64,000 bases of DNA from a virus (lineage: Duplodnaviria > Caudoviricetes): the IMG/VR virus record IMGVR_UViG_2974688470_000001, positions 6,993-70,992 of that record, one strand, 5' to 3'. The notes beneath the pieces are model-generated. The model had not been told where the DNA came from and ran no database searches. It saw only the letters and a program-made list of their open reading frames with translations. Positions within the stretch are counted from its first letter, which is position 1. The number at the start of each line of letters is the position of its first letter. Below are positions 10,349 through 21,316 of the stretch, piece by piece. Made by a program: the position numbers and the translations under genes.

Positions 10349-10677
10349 CCGCCGCACTCGTCCTCCAGATGATCGGCGGGGCGGGTTTCCTGGCGGGTGT
10401 CGTAGCTATTCTCCACTTCTTCAATACGCGCAAGTCAACCCGCTCAAAAGGTAGCGCCGAGGCATATCAGGCGTACCGGACGTTCGTCGCTGGCGCGTTC
10501 GAGGACGCCGCCGGGGTGACCGCTCGGGTGACCGCCGACCGCGACAAGCTCGGCTCGATCCGCCTGGCGCTCATCGAGCTGGTCCAGGATGTGATGGGCC
10601 TGGCCCGGCGCAAGGGCGCGACCCCCGAGGAGCTGGAGCCGTTCCAGGATCGCCTCGATGATGTCCGCTCCCGGTGA
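10345..10677 (+). CDS. Single-pass membrane protein with helical C-terminus
   Basis: ATGA overlap; N-terminal hydrophobic helix. Confidence 0.75.
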   Translation: MTAALVLQMIGGAGFLAGVVAILHFFNTRKSTRSKGSAEAYQAYRTFVAGAFEDAAGVTARVTADRDKLGSIRLALIELVQDVMGLARRKGATPEELEPFQDRLDDVRSR

Positions 10678-10763
10678 GCTGCACCCCGCTGGCCTAATCT
10701 CAGAACCAACCTCGGAACGACCGACCGGCGCGCCTTGCGCCTGATCCAGGAGGACCACCAGAC

Positions 10764-11564
10764 ATGGGTGCCAGCTTCCCCCTCGTCAAGGGCAAGACCC
10801 TGCGCCTGACCAAGATCAACGGTTGCGGGATGCCCATCGCCGGGCCACGCAATCGCCTGGTGACCAACGGCTATGTCAGCCTTGGCCTCACCGCGGTCAT
10901 GCGTGACGCCACCGATCTCACTCAGGACAACGCCGAGGGCAAGGAGTGCGTCAGCGACCGCACCGAGCCGGAGCGCCGCTGGTACACCCCGGCCCTGGAG
11001 CTGTGCCAGGTCGATCCCGACGTGGTGACCATGCTCACCGGCTGGGAGACCATCCTCGACGCCAACGATGAGGTGGTCGGGTTCCGCGACGACAAGAAGA
11101 TCGAGAGCGACTTCGGCATCGCGTTCGAGCTGTGGACCTCGGGCAAGAGCGCCGACGATTGCCCAGACATCCCGACCTCCGACGCGATCCTGGCCCAGAC
11201 CGGCTCCGGCCGGAAGTACGGCTACTTCCTGTTCGGCGGGACCGAGTGGGTGCCTGGCGACATCACCATCGGCGCGAGCGTGGCGACCCTGACCCTGACC
11301 GGCCGGACCATCGCCCTGCCGCACTGGGGCCGTGGGCCGTACAACGTCACCGAGGACGAGAACGGCGATGCCGTGCGCCTGCTCCAGCCGACCAGCAAGA
11401 AGGAGCACCTGACGGTGTTCCGCACCCCGCTGGCTCCGCCGGAGCCGACCGATGGCGCGGTGGCCCTGGCGACCACCACGCTGTTCACCGGGACGAACTA
11501 CTACTACGGTGGCCCGGCCAGCGAGCCTGCCATCGACGTGGCCCCGGCTCAGGTCGCGGCGTAA
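10764..11564 (+). CDS. Major tail protein
   Basis: AGGAGG RBS; 266 aa; NAEGKECV and FELWT motifs; upstream of connectors and tape measure. Confidence 0.8.
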   Translation: MGASFPLVKGKTLRLTKINGCGMPIAGPRNRLVTNGYVSLGLTAVMRDATDLTQDNAEGKECVSDRTEPERRWYTPALELCQVDPDVVTMLTGWETILDANDEVVGFRDDKKIESDFGIAFELWTSGKSADDCPDIPTSDAILAQTGSGRKYGYFLFGGTEWVPGDITIGASVATLTLTGRTIALPHWGRGPYNVTEDENGDAVRLLQPTSKKEHLTVFRTPLAPPEPTDGAVALATTTLFTGTNYYYGGPASEPAIDVAPAQVAA

Positions 11565-11581
11565 GCCTCACCCGACGAGGA

Positions 11582-11612
11582 ACCGGCCCCGAGGTGATCC
11601 CTCGGGGCCGGT
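11582..11612. terminator. Hairpin between convergent genes
   Basis: ACCGGCCCCGAGG-TGATC-CCTCGGGGCCGGT perfect inverted repeat. Confidence 0.7.
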
Positions 11613-11624
11613 CTCGTTGGCGGC

Positions 11625-12110
11625 TCAGGCGGCGATGCGCACCAGGGCCGAGGCCACTCCGCGCTGGAACCCGATGCCCGGCGCTGCCTCGTAGGCGTCC
11701 ATCAGCTCGATCCAAGGGTCTTCGTCCGACCCCTCCTCGTTGATGAAGCTCACCGCTTCCCAGACCCGCTGGAAGTAGGCCGAGGGGAGCAGCGAGGTGA
11801 TCGAGGCCGGAGCCAGCTCGACCAGCTGATCCACGACCAGCTCGGTGCCGATGCAGCCGCGCTGGCCCATCTTGGTGTCGTAAGGGGCCAGCACCTCATC
11901 GAGGGCGACCAGGCCGTGCTCGGCCGAGAGGATCATCACGGCGGCGGTCTCGCCGGTCAGCTCGGCGGTATCGGCGGCGGTGGCCTTGGCGGCGGCGAGC
12001 ATGTGGCGGAAGTTCGCCGATGCGTACAGCTCCTCGGCGCGGGCCGGGGTGTCGAGCTTGGCGGCGGCGCAAGGGATGATGACCAGGTGGCGGGCGTGGT
12101 TGTGGCGCAT
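11625..12110 (-). CDS. DUF6884-like protein
   Basis: IIPCAAAK...AEELYAS...ILSAEHGLV...PYDTKM pattern; ATG 12110 chosen because the longer ORF overlaps a + strand gene. Confidence 0.7.
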   Translation of the reverse strand: MRHNHARHLVIIPCAAAKLDTPARAEELYASANFRHMLAAAKATAADTAELTGETAAVMILSAEHGLVALDEVLAPYDTKMGQRGCIGTELVVDQLVELAPASITSLLPSAYFQRVWEAVSFINEEGSDEDPWIELMDAYEAAPGIGFQRGVASALVRIAA

Positions 12111-12188
12111 GGCTCTATTAAACCCGACTTGGGAGGGAAACACACGCCGTTCCGCCAACCCGGCACCCGGCCGCGATAGTCTGGCCGC

Positions 12189-12947
12189 GTGCCCTCCTTC
12201 GCCTGGCCCATCGACCGCAGCTCGTTCCCGCCGCTGCCGGAGCTGACCGATCCGCCGACCGACGAGTTCGTCAAGGCGCTGACCGAGCGCAACGCCGCCG
12301 AGAACCTCGCCGTCCAGGTGATGTTCGATCTCAGCGGGCGGCAGTTCGGCCTGGAGGAGCGCACCGTCCGGCCGTGCCGCCAGCCGCTCCGCAATCACCA
12401 CGGCGCTGGCCCGGTGACCTCCTACGTCGTGAGCTGGGAGCCGCAGCTGGGCGGCTGGCTCAACCTGCCCTGCGGCTGCGCGGGCGCGTGCCGCGAGGCT
12501 GGCCCCAACGTCGTCCACCTCCCCGGCCCGGTGGCCGAGGTGACCGAGGTGAAGATCGCCGGAGCGGTGCTCCCGCCCAACGTCTGGACCCTGGAGGGCA
12601 ATCTCCTCTACCGGCGCGAGGGGCCGTGGCCGAGCCAAGACCTCAACCGGCCGCTCGGCGACGTGGGCACCTGGGGAGTGACCTACCGGCGCGGCATCCC
12701 GGTGCCCGGCGGCGCGGACATCCTCACCGGCATCTTGGCCAAGGAGTTCCTGGCCGCGATCAGCGCGGGCGACTCCAAGTGCCGCCTTCCCCGCACGGTC
12801 ACCGCGGTCTCGCGCCAGGGCGTGAGCTATCGGGCCTACGATCCGGCGGTGATCTATGCCAACGGCAAGACCGGCCTGCCCGAGGTGGACCTCTGGCTGG
12901 CCAGCGTCAACCCCAACCACCTCGCCGCCGCGCCGAGCGTGATCTGA
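12189..12947 (+). CDS. Head-to-tail adaptor
   Basis: LSGRQFG, CRLP..V..VSRQGVS and TGLPEVDLWL motifs; synteny. Confidence 0.75.
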   Translation: MPSFAWPIDRSSFPPLPELTDPPTDEFVKALTERNAAENLAVQVMFDLSGRQFGLEERTVRPCRQPLRNHHGAGPVTSYVVSWEPQLGGWLNLPCGCAGACREAGPNVVHLPGPVAEVTEVKIAGAVLPPNVWTLEGNLLYRREGPWPSQDLNRPLGDVGTWGVTYRRGIPVPGGADILTGILAKEFLAAISAGDSKCRLPRTVTAVSRQGVSYRAYDPAVIYANGKTGLPEVDLWLASVNPNHLAAAPSVI

Positions 12948-13471
12948 TGCCCTGCCGGACAGACCCCGCCCTGGAGGTCATCGAGGCGGCGGAGGCCGCG
13001 CTGCTCGATTGGTTCAAGCCAGGCGGCGAGTGCCCGCCCAAGGTCGGCGGCACCACCACGGTGCGCCGGTTCGCTGGCGATGGCGCTCCGCTGGCGGCGT
13101 GGGATAGCCACGCCAGCCAAGGCTGCGAGGAGCCGTTCGTCTGGGTCCGCGCGATGCGCCGCTATCGCTCCCAGACCTTCCCGGCCCCGACGATCAACAC
13201 CTCGCCGTGCGGGCTGCCGCGAGTGATCCCCGTCGAGCTGGGCGTCGGCTGGTGCGCGGTGGTCGATCAGGAGCCGAGCTGGGCGGAGTACGCCAAGGAG
13301 GCCGAGATCAGCCAGGACGTGAGCTGGCGGCTGGAGGAGGCCCTCTGCATGGCCTCCAAGCTCCTCACCCGCGATGCCAGCGAGCGTGCAGTGGGCACCG
13401 ATACCATCGTCCCGTATGGCCCCGAGGGCGGCGTGATCGCCTGGACAGCCGTTCTGTACGCCACCTACTGA
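12947..13471 (+). CDS. Head-tail connector / tail terminator-like protein
   Basis: TGATG coupling; PYGPEGG motif; role from synteny. Confidence 0.6.
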   Translation: MPCRTDPALEVIEAAEAALLDWFKPGGECPPKVGGTTTVRRFAGDGAPLAAWDSHASQGCEEPFVWVRAMRRYRSQTFPAPTINTSPCGLPRVIPVELGVGWCAVVDQEPSWAEYAKEAEISQDVSWRLEEALCMASKLLTRDASERAVGTDTIVPYGPEGGVIAWTAVLYATY

Positions 13472-13481
13472 GGAGCATCAC

Positions 13482-13811
13482 ATGGCCAAGATCACCATCG
13501 AGGGCAGCCTGACCCCCGCCGCCGGGCTGGCGCGCGGCGAGCGCCGCACCGTCCAGGACAGCAAGGAGGTCCGCGACTACGTTCGGCGCGGGTTCGCCGT
13601 GGTCGTGGACGAGGAGACCGGCGAGGTCGAGGAGACCCCGCTGCCCGAGCCGGTGAAGGCCCCGGCCAAGAGCGCCAGCGCCGAGAAGTGGCGCGAGTTC
13701 CTGGGCGAGCAGGAGATCGAGCACGATCCCGACGCCAACCGCGAGGAGCTGATCGAGGCGTATGAGCGCCACGTCGCCACCTCGGGCGCGCCCGCCGCTG
13801 ACGAGAGCTGA
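13482..13811 (+). CDS. Hypothetical structural-region protein
   Basis: GAGGAG RBS; typical codon bias. Confidence 0.75.
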   Translation: MAKITIEGSLTPAAGLARGERRTVQDSKEVRDYVRRGFAVVVDEETGEVEETPLPEPVKAPAKSASAEKWREFLGEQEIEHDPDANREELIEAYERHVATSGAPAADES

Positions 13812-14248
13812 TGGCAGCGCGGGCCACCGCGCGGATCGACATCAACGAGGCCGCGCTGGAGCGGCAGACCGGGCAGATATTCCGGCGCAAGCATCGGAGC
13901 ATCACCCGGCGGATCGCCAATCAGGCGCGGGCGGCGGTGCCAGTGCGCACCGGCAATCTCGGCCGGACCATCGGCGAGATGCCCCAGACCTACACCCCGT
14001 TCCATGTGGGCGGCGGCGTCGAGGCGACGGCCGACTACGCGGCGGCGGTCCATGAGGGCAGCCGCCCCCACCTCATCCGCGCTCGGCGCGCTCAGTACCT
14101 CCACTTCTGGTGGCATGGCCGCGAGGTGTTCCGCAAGAGCGTCTGGCATCCCGGCGTGCGCTCCCGGCCGTTCCTGCGCCTGAGCGCCCAGCGCGTGGCG
14201 GCGCAAGACCCCGACATCGAGCTGAGCTACGTCGATCTCAACGGCTGA
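13811..14248 (+). CDS. HK97 gp10-like neck/tail completion protein
   Basis: PVRTGNL, YAAAVHEG and HPG...RPFL motifs. Confidence 0.7.
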   Translation: MAARATARIDINEAALERQTGQIFRRKHRSITRRIANQARAAVPVRTGNLGRTIGEMPQTYTPFHVGGGVEATADYAAAVHEGSRPHLIRARRAQYLHFWWHGREVFRKSVWHPGVRSRPFLRLSAQRVAAQDPDIELSYVDLNG

Positions 14249-14314
14249 GTTCCCCGCCCTTCTCGGGGAGGGTGGTATGGTCGCGTCGATGGCCTCGGAC
14301 AGAAGGATGACCCT

Positions 14315-14893
14315 ATGACCACGTTCAACGCTGACGGCTCCAAGGCTCCCCTGGCGGGCCAGGTCGATGCTCCCGCTGACGCCCAGCTGGCCCCGCCGCC
14401 CGATCTCACCGACCACGCCGAGGTCGAGGCCGAGGCCGCTGAGCCAGCGCCCGAGCTGGTAGCGGCGGTCGAGGAGTCGGCCACCGACGACGATCCCGAG
14501 GCCGACCCCACCGTGGTCGAGCCGGAGGGGCCGGGCACCACCATCGCCCTGGCCCCGAGCGTCGATGTCTCCAAGCTCGGCGAGGATTGGCCCTACGACT
14601 GGCTCGACTTCAAGGGCGACAAGCTCGGCATCCGGCTGCCGACGCGCCAGGCGCTCGCCGCCTTCTCGCTGGCCAGCTCCAAGTACGTCAGCCTGGGCGT
14701 CAAGAACGACCTCACCGGCCTGTTCATCGCCCGGCACCTCTCGCCGGAGAGCTATGGCCGGGTGTTCTCGCGGCTCATGGACCCCGACGAGAATGACTAC
14801 GATGTCGAGACGGTCGGCGAGCTGTTCAACGCGATCGTCATGGCGGCGGTCAACGCGGATAAGCCAGCCGATAAGCCCGACGCTGCCAAGTAA
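14315..14893 (+). CDS. Tail assembly chaperone
   Basis: Immediately upstream of tape measure; acidic, helical. Confidence 0.7.
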   Translation: MTTFNADGSKAPLAGQVDAPADAQLAPPPDLTDHAEVEAEAAEPAPELVAAVEESATDDDPEADPTVVEPEGPGTTIALAPSVDVSKLGEDWPYDWLDFKGDKLGIRLPTRQALAAFSLASSKYVSLGVKNDLTGLFIARHLSPESYGRVFSRLMDPDENDYDVETVGELFNAIVMAAVNADKPADKPDAAK

Positions 14894-14921
14894 TCCCACG
14901 TCGCTGCGATAACCTGACCGG

Positions 14922-17900
14922 GTGACCGATGTCGGGAAGATCAGCCTTGGCGTTGAGATCGACGCCAGCGATCTCTCCGCCAAGCTGGGCGAGGCCGTTC
15001 GCCGCGCCATCGCTCCCGCCCTGGCCGAGATTCAGCGCGAGCTAAACGCCGTCCAGCGCGAGTACGACCAGACCGCTCGGGCTGGCGAGAAGGCGGGCAC
15101 CGCCCAGGCGGCTGCGGCCAAGATCGCCAGCGATGCCGTCCACAACATCGGCGAGGAGACCGATAAGGTCGCCGCCAAGACCCGCGCCGCCTCGGGCGTG
15201 AGCACCCGCTCGATCAACGCCGTCACGCGGGCCTGGGAGAAGCAGACCGCCGCCATCGCGGCCAACACCGCCGCCCGCGCTGCCAACGCCGCAGCGCCCA
15301 CAGGAGGCGGTCCTGGAGGGGGTTCTGGCGGAGGCTCCGGCGGCGGTGGCCCGCCAGTCGATAGGCACCGCGGCGGATTCATGCAGGGCGGGCGCGGCCG
15401 GTTCGGTTTCCTGACCTCCCCGCTCGGGATGAACGCCGTGGCTCTGGGCGTCGGCTCGCTCGGCCCGGCGCTGGCGGTGGTCACCGATCTGGTCGGCGGC
15501 GTGCAGCAGCTCGCCCAGGCGGGCCTGGCCATCCCCGGCGTCTACGGCGCGGCCGGTGCCAGCATCGGCGTGGCGATGGCCGGGTTCAAGGGCATGGGCG
15601 ATGCCATCTCCGCGCTCAACGACGCGCTGAAGTCCGGCGATCCCAAGGACATGGAGAAGGCCACCGAGGCGCTCAAGGACATGGACCCGGCGGCGGTCGC
15701 CGTGGCCAAGAGCGTGGCCAACCTCAACCGTGGCCCGCTGCTCGATCTGCGCAAGAACATCCAGAGCCGGATGTTCCGCGACTGGGCAGCCGAGATCGAC
15801 TCCACGGCGGGCAAGGCGATCCCTCGGCTCAGCGGCGGCATCGGCAAGGTGGCCGACGCCTGGAACGGCACGCTGCGCCAGCTCACCGCCCAGGCGGGCA
15901 GCGACCGCAACCTCTCGCTCATGGATCACATCCTCGGCAATACCGCCGAGGGCCAGACTCGGCTCAACAAGGCCATCGCGCCGCTGAGCCACGCGATCCT
16001 CACGCTGACCTCGGGCAGCTCGAACGCGCTCCCGCGCCTGGCCGATGGCCTGGCGGCGGGCGCTGAGCGGTTCGACAAGTTCATCACCCACGCCGTCGAG
16101 AGCGGCGACTTCGACCGCTGGATGAACAACGGCATCACCGGGATGCGCCAGCTGGCGGAGTCGGGCCTCAACCTGGTCAAGACCATCACGAACATCACCC
16201 ACGCCGCTGGCTCCGACCAGGGCGGGTTCCTGCGCTGGCTCAACGACGCCACCGGCAAGCTGGAGAAGCTCACCGGCTCCGCCTCGGGCCAGGCCAAGAT
16301 GGCGGAGTTCTTCCGCGAGGGCCGGGAGATGGGCAAGGAGTGGCTGCCGATCCTGGAGAACATCGGCAAGGCGCTGATCGAGGTCTACGAGGCCAGCCGG
16401 GTCTGGTCGAACATCCTGCTCCCGTTCCTCCGCGTGGCCAGCGATCTCCTGACGGCGTTCCCCGGCCTGATCACCGCCGCCGGGGTGGCGCTGCTGGCCT
16501 GGAAGACCTCCTCGATATTCAAGCCGCTGATCAGCGGGCTGGACACCGTGATCGGCAAGCTCGGGACCGTCGCTCAGACCGCCGACCTTGCCCTGGGGAA
16601 CACCCAGGCCGGGCGCGGCGGCATCTCCGGCGCGATGGGCCGGACCCAGCGCGGGCTGAGCAAGCTCGGCGGCGCTCGCGGCACCCTCGGCCTGGGCGGG
16701 ATGGCGGCGGGCACTGCGGTCGAGGCGACCGCCGACGACACGACCGGCCAGGTGGTCGGCGCTCTGACCACCGTGGCCTCCGGCGCGCTGGCCGGGTCGG
16801 TGTTCGGGCCGGTCGGCACCGCTGTGGGCGCTGGCGTCGGCGCGGCCATCGCCGGGGTGACGTTCCTGCTCAGCGAGAACGCCAAGGAGGCCAAGGAGGC
16901 GGCGGATGCCCAGGCGGCGTACCAGGCCAGCCTGGAGCAGTCGCGCGAGGCCCTCCTCAACCTCCAGGGCGCTCAGAAGGAGGTCAACGACTCTCTGCTG
17001 GCCGCGAGCGGGAACCTCGCCGACCAGGGCGTCCAGCAAGGCATCCAGGAGCAGCTCGGCACGCTGCCGGAGTCGCTCAAGGCCCACTACGGCGAGGACG
17101 CCGCCAAGGGGTTCTCCGACTCGCTGACCAAGCTCGGGCTGTCCAACGCCGAGCTGGCTCAGCAGCTCACCGGGAGCCAGCCGGTGTTCGACGCGCTGCG
17201 CACCAATCTCCAGATGCTCGGGCCGGACGGCGCGTTCGCCGCCCAGCAGCTTCAGCAGATGCGCGACCAGATCATGGGGATGCAGCAGCAAGCCCAGGTG
17301 GCTGGCCCGGCGATGCAAAACCTCGCCACGATCCTCCAGACCGACGTGGCCGGGGCGGCGGGCGTGGTCCGCACCTCGGTGGCCTCGATCCCGCAAAACG
17401 TGCCCATCGACATCGGGATGCCCAACGCGCCCGCGACCGTCGAGCTGCTGCGCAACCTGGGCTACCAGGTGGACATCGTGAATGGCAAGCCGGTGGTCCT
17501 CAACGCCAACAGCCAGGCGGTGACCGACGCCGACAAGGCCCTGGAGGCGCTCGGCATCCACATCACGCACCTGCCGACCGGCAACATCCAGGTCCAGATC
17601 GACCAGGGCAAGCTCGCCGCCGCTCAGCAGGACATGAACTCCTTCTTCAGCCAGTACCAACGGCTGATCATCAGCCCGACCGTCCAGCCGCCTGGCGCGC
17701 CGCCCCAGCCCAACCCGGCCGGGCCGGAGATCATGCCCGGCGTGCCGTTCCCGCGCCCCGGTGGCGCGGACGGCATGGTCATCCCTGGCTACGCGCCCGG
17801 CCGCGACATCGTGAACGCGGTGCTCGCGCCCGGCGAGGGCGTGCTGATCCCCGAGGCGGTGCGTGGGCTGGGCGGCGCGAGCGCGGTCTACGGGATCAAC

Positions 17901-20900
17901 TCGATGTTCCGCTCGGGCCTGAGCAAGCGGTACTACGACGACGGCGGCGTCCAGCCAGGCGGCATCCCGCACCTCGGGACCGGCGCGCCTCCAGGCCCCG
18001 AGGACGACTACCTCAAGGGCATCTACGACGTGCTGACCGGCCGCGAGGCTGCGCCCAACGGGCCACTCCAGGCCACCAGCAAGAGCCTCCAGGACATGCT
18101 CGTCAGCGCGCGGGTGGGCAAGCTGCCCGGCATGAGCGGCGGCGGCATGGGGCCGTTCGGCACCCCGCTCAAGGTCAAGAATCGCGGCTACGACGCGGCC
18201 AAGGGCGCGCTGGAGGCGCTCGGGTTCGACGCGGAGACCATCATCGGCTCCGACCCTGTGCAGTACTTCACCCAGGCGTTCACCGACCAGCTCCAGCAGA
18301 GCCAGCAGTCGCTCACCTCCGGCGCATCGGGCGGGCTGCCGGGCGCGGCCGGGATGCCCGGCGCGGGCGGCGCGGACTTCGGCAAGATCGCCGCCGGGCT
18401 GGTGGCCTTCAGCCACTCCGGCAATCTGGCCGACGTGGCGGGCCTGGGCCTCAACGCCAACAGCCCGGTCATCACCGCCATCACCTCGGCGCGGAACAAG
18501 AAGGCGGGCCTGGCCGACGAGCAGATCGCCGATCTCATCCAGCAAGTGGTCGGCGGGCCGGGCTACACCGGGGTGCTCGATGAGAAGAACTCCTCGCTGG
18601 TCAAGAGCCTCCAGGCGTTCCACGACCAGACGATCAAGAAGGGCGGGGTGCCCGGCGCGGCTCCTGGCACCGCGACCGGCGGGCTGAACTTCGACGCCCT
18701 GGCCAAGCTGGAGGCGGGCGGCAACTGGGCCAACACGTCGAACCCCAAGTACAGCGGCGGTCTCCAGTTCGACCAGGCCACATGGGACGCCTACAAGCCG
18801 CCGGGCGCTCCGGCGACGGCGGCGGCTGCCACGCGCGAGCAGCAGATTCAGGCGGCAATGAACGCCATGCAGCAAGGGCGCACGCCCGAGTCGCTCTGGC
18901 CGCAGAACTACTCCGCCCTCTACCAGCCGGGCGCGTCGAACGTGACCGGCGGGATTCCCGCCAGCGCCGCCGGGGCCTACCCGACCAACGGGCTGCCCGG
19001 CGCATCGCCAGGGATGATGGGCGATGCAATGGGCCTGATCTCCTTCGCCCAGCAAGCCAGCGGAGGGGCCTACAAGTGGGGCGCGAGCGATCTCGCCGCC
19101 GGGCTGAGCGATTGCTCCGGCGCGGTCTCCGATCTGGTCGAGCTGATCACCAAGGGCCAGGCCACCCCCGAGCGCCTGTTCGACACCAGCTCCGCCGCCG
19201 GGGTGCTTAAGAGCCTCGGCGCGGTCCAGGGCGCGGTGCCCGGCATGTTGCAGATCGGCTGGAGCGACAGCCACATGCGCGCCACCCTGCCCAACGGCGT
19301 GAACTTCGAGAGCGGCGGCGCTACTGGCCAGGGCGCGACCTACGGCGGCAATGCCCAGGGCGCGGCCGGTATGCCCAACATCATGTCGCTGCCCGCCGGG
19401 AACGTCCCGATGGGCCTCGGTGGCATGGGCGGCGCTGGCGCGATGAGCGGCGGCGTCCAGCAGGTCTACGTCGTGAACATGCCCGGCGCGGGCGGGTTCC
19501 CGCTCGGCACCGCGCTCAAGCCGGTGGCCGATGGCCTGGCCTCCGGCGCGCAGGAGGCGGCGGGCAATGTCATCGGCGACCTCGGCGGCGCGGTCACCGG
19601 GGCCTTCGCCATCCCCGAGGGCGAGCGGCGTCCCAACGCCGAGCTGGCCCAGCTGGTCGGCGAGCAGAACCCGATGGCGCTCGCCGCCGCGCTCGGGTTC
19701 AACGTCCAAGACTTCACCAGGCAGGGCGGCGTCGGCGCGGAGAACATCCAGAGCGCGGGCGGGTTCGACGCCAGCGGGCGCATCTTCTCCGACACCGCCG
19801 GGCTGATGGATCGCACCCTCACCAGCCTGAGCGCCCAGCTCGATGCGATGCGCCAGCAGCTCACCGATGTCGTGCAACAGGTGGCCGACAAGCTCAACAG
19901 CGAGGCCGTGACCCCGATCATCAAGGCGGGCGTCCAGGAGGCCCTCGGCGATCTCAAGGACAGCGTGCTCAACGGGCTGGGCACCTCCATCGGCCAGGCG
20001 GCGGCTCCGCCCATCGCCGAGGCCGTCAAGAGCGCGGTGGCCAGCCTGCCGGTCAACTCCTCCGGCGCGGCCAGCCAGGGCGGCGACATGGGCACCGCTC
20101 TCGCGGCCGGGCCGACCGCGCTCATGGGCGGGATGTTCGCCGATGGCGGGCCGGTCTGGGGCGGCAAGCCCAACGTGGACAGCGTGCCCGCCATGCTCAT
20201 GCCCGGCGAGTTCGTGTTCAACAAGACCGACGTGGCGCGGATGGGTGGCGCGAGCGGGGCCGAGGCGTTCCGCCAGGCGCTCGCCAAGCGTGGCGGCATC
20301 CGCCGGATGGCCACTGGCGGCGGCGTCGATGTGAGCGACATCGTGGGCGCGGAGTGGTTCGGGGTCTCCGAGGTGCCGATCATCTCGACCATCGTCAACC
20401 TCCTGATCCGCGTGCTGCTCAAGATGATCGGCGTGACCATCGAGGCCCGCGACACGATGACCGAGATGGCGGGCGACTTCCGGCAATTCCGCGGTGATGC
20501 GTTCAAGGCGTTCGACGCCCAGGGGCGGCTGCTCAACGACACCTCGGGCCTGATCGAGCGCAGCTCGACCAGCGAGGAGACCGCCGCCGCCGAGCGCATC
20601 CGCATCCTCAAGATCGTCATCCAGGCGATCATCAAGTACCTCATCGAGAAGGTCATCGTGCCCATCGCCAAGGCGGTGGCCAACTCGGTCATCCAGGCTG
20701 GCGCGAGCGCGGCCGGGGCGGCGGTCTCCGGCGCGGGCGGCGGGCCAGCTGGCGGCATCGTGTCCTCGGTGATCTCCTCGGCTGGCCAGGCGGGCGTCGA
20801 GATCGCCGCCGAGGTCGGCACCGACTTCGCCCTGGCCATGAGCGAGACCATCATCAACATGGTGGCCGAGGGCCTGATGAGCCAGTTCGGTGATCAGATG

Positions 20901-21305
20901 ACCGGCCTGTTCGGCGGCGCGGGCCTGGCCGGGTTCTTCGACCCGGCGGGCGGCATCCTGGCCACGCTGCTGGGCGGCGTGCTCGGGATGTTCACCGGCC
21001 TGCTCGGCGGCACGCTGGGCGGGGCGGGCACCATGATCCCCGGCGATGCCCTGTTCGGCGGGCTGGGCCTGTTCGATGAGGGCGGCATGGCCGAGGGCGT
21101 CGGGTTCCTGCCCAAGGCCACCGCCGAGCCGGAGCTGGTGCTCAGCCCGACCGAGACCAGCCTGTTCTCCAGGTTCGTCAACGCGCTGGAGCGGGGCGGG
21201 TTCGGACGCGGCGGCGACCGAACGGTGAACGCGCCCATTACAGTGATCGGCGGGAGGGAAACTCCCGAGAAGATTCAGAACCGGCTGCTCCAGCTGATGC
21301 CGTAG
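14922..21305 (+). CDS. Tape measure protein with Rpf-like and NlpC/P60-like domains
   Basis: 2127 aa, Ala/Gly-rich; LEAGGNW...[10 protein letters not shown] and YKWG...DCSG...H motifs. Confidence 0.95.
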   Translation: MTDVGKISLGVEIDASDLSAKLGEAVRRAIAPALAEIQRELNAVQREYDQTARAGEKAGTAQAAAAKIASDAVHNIGEETDKVAAKTRAASGVSTRSINAVTRAWEKQTAAIAANTAARAANAAAPTGGGPGGGSGGGSGGGGPPVDRHRGGFMQGGRGRFGFLTSPLGMNAVALGVGSLGPALAVVTDLVGGVQQLAQAGLAIPGVYGAAGASIGVAMAGFKGMGDAISALNDALKSGDPKDMEKATEALKDMDPAAVAVAKSVANLNRGPLLDLRKNIQSRMFRDWAAEIDSTAGKAIPRLSGGIGKVADAWNGTLRQLTAQAGSDRNLSLMDHILGNTAEGQTRLNKAIAPLSHAILTLTSGSSNALPRLADGLAAGAERFDKFITHAVESGDFDRWMNNGITGMRQLAESGLNLVKTITNITHAAGSDQGGFLRWLNDATGKLEKLTGSASGQAKMAEFFREGREMGKEWLPILENIGKALIEVYEASRVWSNILLPFLRVASDLLTAFPGLITAAGVALLAWKTSSIFKPLISGLDTVIGKLGTVAQTADLALGNTQAGRGGISGAMGRTQRGLSKLGGARGTLGLGGMAAGTAVEATADDTTGQVVGALTTVASGALAGSVFGPVGTAVGAGVGAAIAGVTFLLSENAKEAKEAADAQAAYQASLEQSREALLNLQGAQKEVNDSLLAASGNLADQGVQQGIQEQLGTLPESLKAHYGEDAAKGFSDSLTKLGLSNAELAQQLTGSQPVFDALRTNLQMLGPDGAFAAQQLQQMRDQIMGMQQQAQVAGPAMQNLATILQTDVAGAAGVVRTSVASIPQNVPIDIGMPNAPATVELLRNLGYQVDIVNGKPVVLNANSQAVTDADKALEALGIHITHLPTGNIQVQIDQGKLAAAQQDMNSFFSQYQRLIISPTVQPPGAPPQPNPAGPEIMPGVPFPRPGGADGMVIPGYAPGRDIVNAVLAPGEGVLIPEAVRGLGGASAVYGINSMFRSGLSKRYYDDGGVQPGGIPHLGTGAPPGPEDDYLKGIYDVLTGREAAPNGPLQATSKSLQDMLVSARVGKLPGMSGGGMGPFGTPLKVKNRGYDAAKGALEALGFDAETIIGSDPVQYFTQAFTDQLQQSQQSLTSGASGGLPGAAGMPGAGGADFGKIAAGLVAFSHSGNLADVAGLGLNANSPVITAITSARNKKAGLADEQIADLIQQVVGGPGYTGVLDEKNSSLVKSLQAFHDQTIKKGGVPGAAPGTATGGLNFDALAKLEAGGNWANTSNPKYSGGLQFDQATWDAYKPPGAPATAAAATREQQIQAAMNAMQQGRTPESLWPQNYSALYQPGASNVTGGIPASAAGAYPTNGLPGASPGMMGDAMGLISFAQQASGGAYKWGASDLAAGLSDCSGAVSDLVELITKGQATPERLFDTSSAAGVLKSLGAVQGAVPGMLQIGWSDSHMRATLPNGVNFESGGATGQGATYGGNAQGAAGMPNIMSLPAGNVPMGLGGMGGAGAMSGGVQQVYVVNMPGAGGFPLGTALKPVADGLASGAQEAAGNVIGDLGGAVTGAFAIPEGERRPNAELAQLVGEQNPMALAAALGFNVQDFTRQGGVGAENIQSAGGFDASGRIFSDTAGLMDRTLTSLSAQLDAMRQQLTDVVQQVADKLNSEAVTPIIKAGVQEALGDLKDSVLNGLGTSIGQAAAPPIAEAVKSAVASLPVNSSGAASQGGDMGTALAAGPTALMGGMFADGGPVWGGKPNVDSVPAMLMPGEFVFNKTDVARMGGASGAEAFRQALAKRGGIRRMATGGGVDVSDIVGAEWFGVSEVPIISTIVNLLIRVLLKMIGVTIEARDTMTEMAGDFRQFRGDAFKAFDAQGRLLNDTSGLIERSSTSEETAAAERIRILKIVIQAIIKYLIEKVIVPIAKAVANSVIQAGASAAGAAVSGAGGGPAGGIVSSVISSAGQAGVEIAAEVGTDFALAMSETIINMVAEGLMSQFGDQMTGLFGGAGLAGFFDPAGGILATLLGGVLGMFTGLLGGTLGGAGTMIPGDALFGGLGLFDEGGMAEGVGFLPKATAEPELVLSPTETSLFSRFVNALERGGFGRGGDRTVNAPITVIGGRETPEKIQNRLLQLMP

Positions 21306-21316
21306 AAGGAGGGCGT

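Noticed and set aside
14315-14922. Programmed frameshift in the chaperone next to tape measure
   Set aside because: Only 28 nt separate its stop from the tape measure start, holding a promoter; no slippery heptamer seen near its end
15042-20486. Very long antisense ORFs (also 301-2202, 21542-23611, 23800-26046, 42590-45475, 46065-48308)
   Set aside because: Shadows of real genes caused by high-GC codon bias; no RBS or recognisable motifs
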